In this document: piece after piece, positions 50,164-64,000 of the stretch | Numbering within the stretch: position 1 is the stretch's first letter | Layout of the letters: each line of letters opens with the position of its first letter | Source: the human T2T-CHM13v2.0 reference genome, Homo sapiens | NCBI RefSeq assembly: GCF_009914755.1 | Contig: NC_060932.1 | Reading direction: 5' to 3' (one strand) | DNA length: 64,000 nt | Translations under genes and position numbers: made by a program | Notes under the pieces: generated by a model | What the model was told of the DNA's origin: nothing | What the model saw: the letters and a program-made list of their open reading frames with translations, nothing else | The model's database searches: none

Positions 50164-51252
50164 GATTTTTTATTTATAATCCACAAATAAAATAAAATGA
50201 GATGGTTAGTGCTTTTAAAAATCTTATGGCTGAACAAGTGGTTCTGATAGCTGTTTTTTGGTCTAGGAATGACCATGTCTCGGTAGGCCCAGTGTGAATT
50301 GGTCCAGCATATCTTGAAGCTTGATTTAACATTATAACCAAAGAAAAGTTTCATCTTGAGTGTTACAGCTTCTTAATGGTTTGTGACTGCATAGAATGTG
50401 GTGCTGAGGAAACATTCAATGCCTTATGTAGGTTTATTGGGCCATAGATTAATTAGTACTTTGAGCAGAGAAGAAGCAAAATACATTGCATGTGTCACAT
50501 ATTTAGGGAGCACATTATCAGGCAAATTACATCAGATAATACCACTATATAATGCCATCTCAATGGACAAAGGCCTTTGTTTAAATTCACATAAAACCAA
50601 CAATAGTCTCTTTTCTATTTGATATACAGCAATGAATAGATTGCTGTGTAAACAGCCTTTATGAGATACCTTAGAGACACTTCTCTGTACTTGAAATAAT
50701 GTAGAGTCACTGAATTAAAAATAAGCCTGTCAAATAATATATTCTTTCTTCCTTCTATAGAGAACTGTCTTTCAACTACAAAGGTATAATCCATCTCTCT
50801 TTCCTATAATGAATGGAATGCATTAAAAGAAAATACCTTCTTAGTACCTAGGTTCAAATAAGTAATATTCTGTGCTTAAATATCTTCAATTTGAGTATTA
50901 AAGATTGGCTTAAGTAGTGTGTAAAATCATGTTATCTATGTATGAAAAAATGAACAATATCATATGGACACCCAAGCCTACCATTCTAAAGGAGATATAT
51001 CTACTCTGTTCTGGATTATTCCAAAGGGTGTCAAGTTTATTACTCATATAATTTACTCAACAAAAGTCTTATTGGATCCAAACCCTCCTGGATGTCAACT
51101 TCTAGAAACAAAGTTCAGTATTAGTGCTATTTCATTTTATTTACTTCCTTTACAAAAATTTATTACTGAAAGAAAATATAATCCAGAAAAATGTTTCAAA
51201 ACAAATTTTAGGTTATATCCCAAGTGTTTAACTTTTAAAAAATTCAGATGGA

Positions 51253-51543
<291 letters not shown>

Positions 51544-52570
51544 TTAGACCTGATTTGCCATATTTTATTTACAAATAAATAAAAAAGCTTGTAAGATGAA
51601 AGATTCTCCTTCCTATAAAATCTTAATCGTTACTTTCCTGTCAAATTCCCTTTCAAAAAAAGTTTCAAAAAATAAGAAAAATAAGACTATTCTTCATGAG
51701 GACTGCTATTCACCAAAGCAGTTAATATATTATTTTCTCTGAAAATATAAGGAAGCAAGATGAGCAAGGTGTTGTATTTTTTTTTATTCATTTGGACAAT
51801 CTGCTTTTATCTCATTTCTGCACAGATGTTCTTTTATGCCAACCCTCCATTTATTGTATATTGTTTTGCAAGCTCTGGGGGAAACAAGTGCCCTACTTTA
51901 GGAAGCTGGTAAAAGCTAACATATCAAGGGAATAGAGATAGAAGATTAGAGGTAAGAAAGAGAATAGTTTTCCTAAATTCAGTGAATTAGGTACACTTGG
52001 TTATAAATTGCATGACAAAACCAGTTTTGAGATGTTTAAAATATAATGGAGAATAGAGAACATGCCACTAAAAAGTAATAAATATCTAAATTAATATAAA
52101 TATTTTGTGCTGCTCACAATATTTCTTGTATTTTTGAATGCATTTGTTTAACACATACTATTTATTTGTTTTATTCATCCATTGCTTGAGATCAACAGAT
52201 AGCAGTGATTATCTGTTAGCACTGTTCATTGCTACGTACTTAAATGAGCATTCTCATTGTGTTACTTTTGATTTAAATGATTATTTTATTAGGTATAAAC
52301 TAATAAGAATATGTCAAGCTATTTATATGAGTAAGATTTTGATTATCAGAAAATAATTTTTTGCACTATGTAAAATATAATTAGTATAAATCTCTAACAT
52401 ATAAATTTTAGTGTTGACACAATTTAATATGAATTGTATGTATCAATGTGACTCACTATAATAATTTTCTAATGCCTTTTCTTGTTTGAACACTTTGTTT
52501 TAAGCCATGTCTTTCACCATTGTGAAATTTACTGTCTCAAAGACTAAACTGATTATATTATTTAAAATAA

Positions 52571-52887
<317 letters not shown>

Positions 52888-53567
52888 TAAAATAATTCTT
52901 AAAGTTAACCATTATGAGCCTATTTTTCTAAGACTCTGTATCACCTTTCATATCTTATGACATCATCATATCTCTCTGGATTACTGTACAGATTCCACTC
53001 TTCACATTTCCATCCCCATTCCTTCATTTTACATAACTTAGGCAAAGTAGTTATTTAACATGAAAGTTGCTTAAAACTCTGCATTGCTGTCTATGAGACT
53101 TAAGGTATTTGTCAATTCTTTATATCTCCCATTTTCACTCTAGCTACTCTTATCTCCCACACTTTATATACCAGGCTTACTTAAAATTTCCTTTCCAGAG
53201 AAGACTTATCTCTGGACTGACTTTGTTTCTTCTATCTGGAAGTCTGTTCCACTTAGGATGCTTGAGTATCTCCTTTCCCCTCATCATATCCCAGATTTGG
53301 CAACTATTCTTCCAGAGTTCCAAGGTATTCTCCTTCTTAGTACCTCTGCCATACCTATTTCTTATTTGATCATTGAATTGCAACTGCCTCCTTTCTTTCT
53401 AATCATTCCTTACCAGCAACATCCTTGAGGTAGTGACTGTGCTTTAGTTTGTGAGAAATTGGGAAATCAGATAATCTGATTTTAATCTGTATCACTATGT
53501 CCCAGTCCACTGCAAAGAAATGTGTATCTCAAAAACGGGTGAAAGTCAGGGAAATTAAGCTACTAGA

Positions 53568-53984
53568 TGTTAAAAGAAAAACAATTAGACAGATCAACCT
53601 TAGCATAGTTTATTTGAGAAAGAATGATTAATGAATTAGGTAGCACTCAGAACCAGGAAAGGTTCATAGAGCTCTACCCAACAATGTGGGCAGGCTGTAT
53701 TTATAGACAATAAAAGGAAGTGATTTATAGAAACAGCTTGATTGGTTTCAGCTCAGCATTGGCCTTTTTTGGGCATGGTGTCATGAGGCATTTGATTTAT
53801 ATGGACATGATCTGAAGAGTTGTAGCCTATGATTGGCTGAAGCTCAGCTGCTATGATGGGCTGTAACTCAGCTACTTGTTATAAAAATATACCCCCAGGT
53901 TAAGAATATACTAAGTTGCTTGTAGTGTGCTACATATAAAATCAAAGAACAGAGACAGCCTCAGGGCAAGCTTAATTTAATTTA
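53568..53984 (-). mobile_element. MER93-like ERV1 solo LTR
   Basis: TGTTAAAAGAAAAAC...CACTCAGAACCAGG...repeated GATTGG(C/T)T (CCAAT on minus)...CTTAATTTAATTTA. Confidence 0.75.
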
Positions 53985-55719
53985 TGTCAACATAGACATG
54001 ACTCCTTTGTTTTCTAGGCAACTAGATTGCTGCCCTAAATTCTTTCTGCATTCGAATGATGGATTCACTGCTGCCCTGAATACTGGGACAATAACATATT
54101 CATCATTATTTTCTAAACTAAGTACAGTAGATGCGGAGTTAATATTTGTTGAATAAATGATAAAGAAATTTATAATAATAAAACTGGTTTGAACATTTAT
54201 AATAAAAATGTTGTGCATTAGTAATGAAATATAACCTTATACTCTAACAAAGAGAACACTATTCACAATTAACATAAATAGTATCATGACATTTTATAAT
54301 TAATATAAATAGTAAATGCTACTGAAATAGCTCATTCTACACCCTAGAAATCAGGTTTTGAGAGCCTCTTAACAAAGGTCTCAAAGCCATAATTTTCTTC
54401 TTTGAGACCTTTTCATAGCTATTGACTATTGCATTTGTAGATAGAAAACTAAAGAAAATAAAACAGGAGGTAATTTTCCTTCAAATAATATTTTCCATTG
54501 ACTTGTTTCTTGGAATAAGCAATCTTGAAGAATGATGTGGATTCAGAAGCATTGAAGGTGAAAAATTTTCAAGATCACACCATTTAAAGAATTTTTGATG
54601 ATGTGGGGAAATAAAAAATAAACTGTGAGGCTGATATACAATTCTTATTGGCAGTTTTAGTTTTTCTCATTTTTTAAATTCTGGCAAGAAACTTCCAAAA
54701 GAATACTGATTAATAACATGATTGAAATGAGTCAACACACTGTATGAATGTTTTATGTCTGAAATGTGAAAAATAGTCAAGATTAAATCAGACTGGAAAT
54801 GTCATCTTTTTTCTTCCAAAATAGTTCCTAAAAGTCTGTGTTTAAAGTATTGTCTTTATAATCATTGACTAGAAAATCCAGAACAGATAATTATTATTTT
54901 TATATCATAGTTCTTCTAAATTTAAAAGAATTTCTATTGTTAGTGAAAAGAATGATGATTAAATAAAGAGTTCACACAATGAAGGCCTCCTAAATCTGAA
55001 TCTCGCCACACATTTTACATTAAAATCATGCTGAACAACAAGGAGGGGATATAATATCACCCATACTTTTGGCATAACAATGAGATAGAACAGACAACAA
55101 GTTTCAAATTATCTGTAAGTAGGAAAATAAACTCAAATCCAGCAGAACTAACTCCAGGAACCTGGCAATGGGCTGGGAATTTTCAGTAAAGAAGAGTCTA
55201 AAATTTCACAAGACAATGTAAAGGAGTACCGTTCCCTGAAACATGGGAAAATTTGGACGGGAGAGGCAACCATAGCAGATTTTGTAACAAAGAGGAAGAA
55301 AAAGAAAGAAGAAAATTAAGAGTCCTAGAATAAATCTCACAACCAAATAAGTAGGACATTGACTATACCAACAAAAGAGCCTTTAACCAAGGACCTGTAG
55401 TTAAGCAACCTCAAAAATTCACACTGCCTGCTTATAACTGTTATTTAACATTCACAAAAATGTTTCACATTAAAGAAAAAAGTAACGAACGAAAGTTAAG
55501 TATGGATGAAAAAGGAAATAAAATTGAAATATTTCACATGGTAAAAATTCTTCCCCCAAACCAAACATGAAGCAGATAAAATTGTTACAAAATGTCCTAA
55601 TATGATTAAATACTCTTTAAAAGAAGCACTTACAGATATGCAAAGAAAATACTCTCAAATCAGGAATACAAATATACAAAGCAAAAGTGGACAAAGATTG
55701 ACAAAAAAAAAAAAAAGAA

Positions 55720-56560
55720 GAAGAAAAAATTTGCATTGGAGAAACTGGCATCTGCCTTAATTAAGTTATCAAGACTAAAATCATCAGTAAAAAGTGATGT
55801 CGGCCAGGTGCAATGGCTCATGCCTGTAATCCCAGCACTTTGGGTGGCAGAGGCGGGCGGATCACCTGACGTAAGGAGTTACAGACCAGCCTGGTCAACA
55901 TGGTGAAACCCTGTCTCTACTAAAAGTATAAAAATTAGCCAGGCGTGGTGGCATGGGCCTGTAATCCCAGCTACTCGGGAGGGTGAGGCAGGATAATCGC
56001 TTAAACTGGGGAGGCGGAGGTGACAAGAGCTGATACTCCGTCTCAAAGTGAAAAAGAAAAAAAAGTTATGTCAATAAAATACAACCTTTGATAATGTGAT
56101 AAAAGGGGACTTCAGCTGACTTGTATTGTTTTCAAAAATCCATAACACCAGCATAATCATGAGAAAATATCAGGCAACAACAAATTTAAAGATATTTAAA
56201 TTTAAAGGTATATAAATTTGCTATAAAATGCCAGATTATTATGCCTCAAATTGTTAAGGTTATGAAAAACAAGAAAAGACTAAGAAATTGTGACAGATTA
56301 GAGTCAAACAAGTCATCCTTTATTGGATGCTGGAACAGAAAAAAAAAAGACATTAGTAGAAAAGCTGGGGACATTCAATAAAATCTGCAATCTAGTTAAC
56401 AGTATTTATCAATGTCAATTCCTTAAATTAAACTAAACGTTAACTGTTGGTCAATAAAATGTTAATATTGGAGGAATTTGGATGAAGAGTATAACTCTCA
56501 ATTATTTTTGCATCTCTTTTGTAAATCTAAAATTATTTCAAAATGAAAAGTTGAAAAAAA
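55720..56560 (+). mobile_element. L1MC/MD 3' UTR fragment interrupted by an Alu
   Basis: TGGAGAAACTGGCA...TTGGATGCTGGAACAGAAAAA..GACATTAGT...TTTGCATCTCTTTTGTAAATCTAAAATTATTTCAAAAT. Confidence 0.7.
55802..56059 (+). mobile_element. Alu (AluSx/Sq) with a ~40-bp deletion in the right arm
   Basis: TSD AAAAAGTGATGTC / AAAAAGTTATGTC; junction GGAGGCGGAGGTGACAAGAGC. Confidence 0.93.
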
Positions 56561-56607
56561 TTAACACAATTCATCAAAGAAACTGAGACCAAAAATAATT
56601 GTCTTAA

Positions 56608-56707
56608 GGCTGAGGCAGCAGGATTGCTTGAAGGCAGGAGTTTGAGACCAACCTGGCAAATGTAACAACTCGTCTCTGCAAACAAACACGCAAAACAACA
56701 ACAAACT
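56608..56707 (+). mobile_element. Truncated FLAM/AluJ left monomer
   Basis: GGCTGAGGCAGCAGGATTGCTTGAAGGCAGGAGTTTGAGACCAACCTGG with a CAAA tail; TSD-like AAAATAATTGTC / AAAACAGTTGTC. Confidence 0.8.
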
Positions 56708-57429
56708 AAAACAGTTGTCGGAGAAATAAAGATAAAATTATCAAGATACCAAGATAGATGAGATTCAACTGAAAAGTTTAATTAGGTATATTGAATACAA
56801 ACATGAAATCAGCCAATAGAATAAAAATAAAATAAAATAAAATAAATAATAAATGTTAGAGAGAAAGTAGATAACATGGAAGATAGGAAAAAGAAATTCA
56901 AAACAGGCAAAATTGGAGTCCCTGAGGTGAATAATTGATTTTCAGACTATAATTTAAAAATATTCTGAAACTGAAAAAAGACCTGATTCTATTCATTTAA
57001 AAGGGTCATATCTAAAATATATTAATAAGTTGTGGGCCTTGAGAAAACAGGGGAACACTCCACAGGGACTCCAATTGAAAAGAACAAGTTACTTGCAAAT
57101 GAAAGAAAAAATTAGATTAACAAGAGACTTCTCAAAATCAACATACAAAGCAAATAACATTAACACAACCTTTTAAAGAAACTCAAGGAAAGAAAACTTA
57201 GTTCCTAAGATTTTGCACCTAGCTAAGCTTTCCTTCATATGTTGAAATTATAGTAAAGCAATTTAAAATATAACTCAGGTAATTTTGCACTTATATGTCT
57301 TTTTGAGAAATTCAATAGAGAATAAGTTTTATCCATCTGTGCTTGGAAAAACTTTAAAAAATTGGTTAATTGTGATATTTCAATTAAAAATCAGAGTAAA
57401 GTAAATTTTGGGACAATAAACAAAATAAA

Positions 57430-58335
<906 letters not shown>

Positions 58336-59535
58336 CAGGAAAGCTGATAAAAAGCATAATTAGAGGTAATAGATTTCTGTAGTCAATCAGAAAAAAAAAT
58401 ATGGGCTTTTGGAATTTATTTGTGTACTTGAAAACACGAAAACATTTGGGAATTCATGATGATTGTGATCAAGTCATAGTCATAGGTTAACTCGGACAAA
58501 TTTAGAATAATATTTGCTAATATTGAAATGCCATTGTTTATACTAAACTTTTAAAATATCTATGAAAAAATAGGGCTCAGAATATCAGAGTGCTATTTCT
58601 GCATGCAACTATTAACAGAAACTTGAGAAGAATCTCTAAGCTATTTTCTATTCCCTCTTTCTATGATTATCTAATTCTTATAACTAACATTCAGAATGAA
58701 GTTGTAGAGTGTGAGTTTTGAATTAGAAGTAAATGCCATATTGCTGTTACAGTATCCAACAAAAAGAGTTAATTTAATATATTAAGACCTGATTAATTTT
58801 TCGTTATTGTAAAATGATGAAAGTACTGGTTTTTATTCAATATATCAACCAGATTATTGATCAAACCTCATGAAGAATTGCTTAGTAATGCAGTCATTAA
58901 GTAAATTACTAGTGAAACATAGCATTTTTTTTAATTGAAAAGAAGTATGTGCATGTTTGGTTTAAAAATATTTAGTGGACTAATTCATAGTTTTTGCAAT
59001 AGAAACTGCAAACCTATTTCCAAAACATGGTTTAACTTTAGCCATTCTACTTTTGACTGCATTGATTTTTGTTTTCAACCTTTTCTGGTTGCTGTGGCAA
59101 CATTCTGTAGCTGTCAGAACTAAGAGACTATCTATGTAACATTTCATATTTGAGAGATAATGGTACTGTAAATGAATCTCTGACCTTCCTCACAAGCAAA
59201 ATGGATTCAGTTAAATATTATTATGTATATTACTCAATATTTTCTTGACTAATTAAGTTGAAGGTTATTAAATTCTGTATATTCATTTTGAATATTACCT
59301 CACAAAGTTTAAGCATTTTTATGTTTCCTTACTTAGATATTTTGATTTACCAGACCTCTTGAAAATATTGCATAAGTCTAAATTATTTTTTAAATAATTT
59401 GAAAATTGAATTTAAACAATACTAGGACCATTGGGATTTTGTTTTTCTGGCATCTAAATATATTAATTTTGCAGCCTTATGTGTTTGTGGTGGAGTGAGC
59501 AAGTTTAGGGAATGTATGTTACAAAATGTAATTCA

Positions 59536-59838
<303 letters not shown>

Positions 59839-60655
59839 AAAATTGTAATTCAGACATTATGAAAATATATACTGCACAATTTCTAGCAAATTGCTTGGTG
59901 ACATTGTTATCATTCTTTCCTTGTTATTTACACATTCCAGTTATGTATATATTAAACATACACACACTTATATATCTTCCTTAAAGATATTAAACATGAG
60001 ATAATAAGATTTATGATTTTGAGTTTTAAATAGACTACATTTTTAATTCAACTTACCATACATTACAAATACAATTTATCATGCATAATTTTTAAAAATG
60101 AGATTTTTGTCCCTCCCTCAATAGCAGCAAAAACAATCTAAGGATAAAAGGTAAATTTGGTAGTTACTACCATTGAGCTATGAATGTCTAGTATAAAAGT
60201 ATAACAACAGTTATCACACTAATAAATTTGTTTGTAGGAGTATTTGGCTAATGAATGTCTTTCCCAAGAGGCAGTATTCTTAATGAGGGCAAAGATTTTT
60301 GATTGTTTTCTTCTTCATTTTATTATCAAGCCAGTTACCTTGGTGTACACTGGGGGATGAATAAGCAATTGTTTAAATAAATTGAATAATAAATAATAGA
60401 ATGATAATAAAATGAAAAAATAAGCTATATAAATTTGACTGTCAGGCACAATTTCAAAGCTATATTTTAAGTTTTCTCTGAAAAAATGTTTAGCTTTATA
60501 AAGCACAGGAAATTTCTCTAATAGAAAAAGTACAGAGGAAATTTTAAGAATAAAAAGAGACAAAATGAACTGAAAATTTCTGTGTTTAGTATTACATTAT
60601 AATCAACAACTGAATTTTTAAAATTTTATTATATTACTTATAATCAACAACTGAA

Positions 60656-60870
60656 TTTTGCATCTCTTTTGTAAATCTAAAATTACTTCAATATGAAAAG
60701 CTGAAAAAAAGTTAACACAATTCAGCAAAGAAACTGAGACCAAAAATAATTATCATAAGGCTGAGGCAGCAGGATTGCTTGAAGGCAGGAGTTTGAGACC
60801 AACCTGGCAAACTTAACAAGAACTCGTTAACAAACAAACACGCAAAACAAAAACAAACTAAAACAATTGT

Positions 60871-60877
<7 letters not shown>
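60656..60877 (+). repeat. Direct dispersed duplicate of 56506-56725
   Basis: Hand alignment gives about 13 substitutions and 3 small indels over ~220 bp, spanning the L1M-end/flank/FLAM/flank composite. Confidence 0.95.

Positions 60878-64000
<3,123 letters not shown>

Overview
Primate (human-like) AT-rich genomic DNA, probably intergenic or deep intronic. I find no supportable host protein-coding gene, tRNA/rRNA or CRISPR. All long ORFs are LINE-1 ORF1/ORF2 remnants or chance ORFs in Alu/LTR/L1 5'UTR sequence. The window is a mosaic of retroelements (about 15 Alu/FLAM/FAM copies, several nested L1s, and LTR16/ERVL, MER52, MaLR and MER93 LTRs) plus DNA-transposon fossils (MER47A, MER63, MER1A). 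Subfamily names are from recalled consensus similarity and need RepeatMasker/Dfam confirmation. I see no evidence for a new gene system. The notable signals are mechanistic scars: (1) a ~220-bp local genomic segment copied from 4.15 kb upstream and fused to the 5' junction of an L1PA insertion, preceded by a 22-bp direct repeat; (2) a ~150-bp poly(A)-tailed, TSD-flanked non-repeat retrocopy inside an Alu inside an L1 inside an L1; (3) an Alu apparently split by a ~530-bp micro-inversion; (4) a twin-primed L1PA inside a TSD-bounded L1MA that itself has an internal inversion and deletion.
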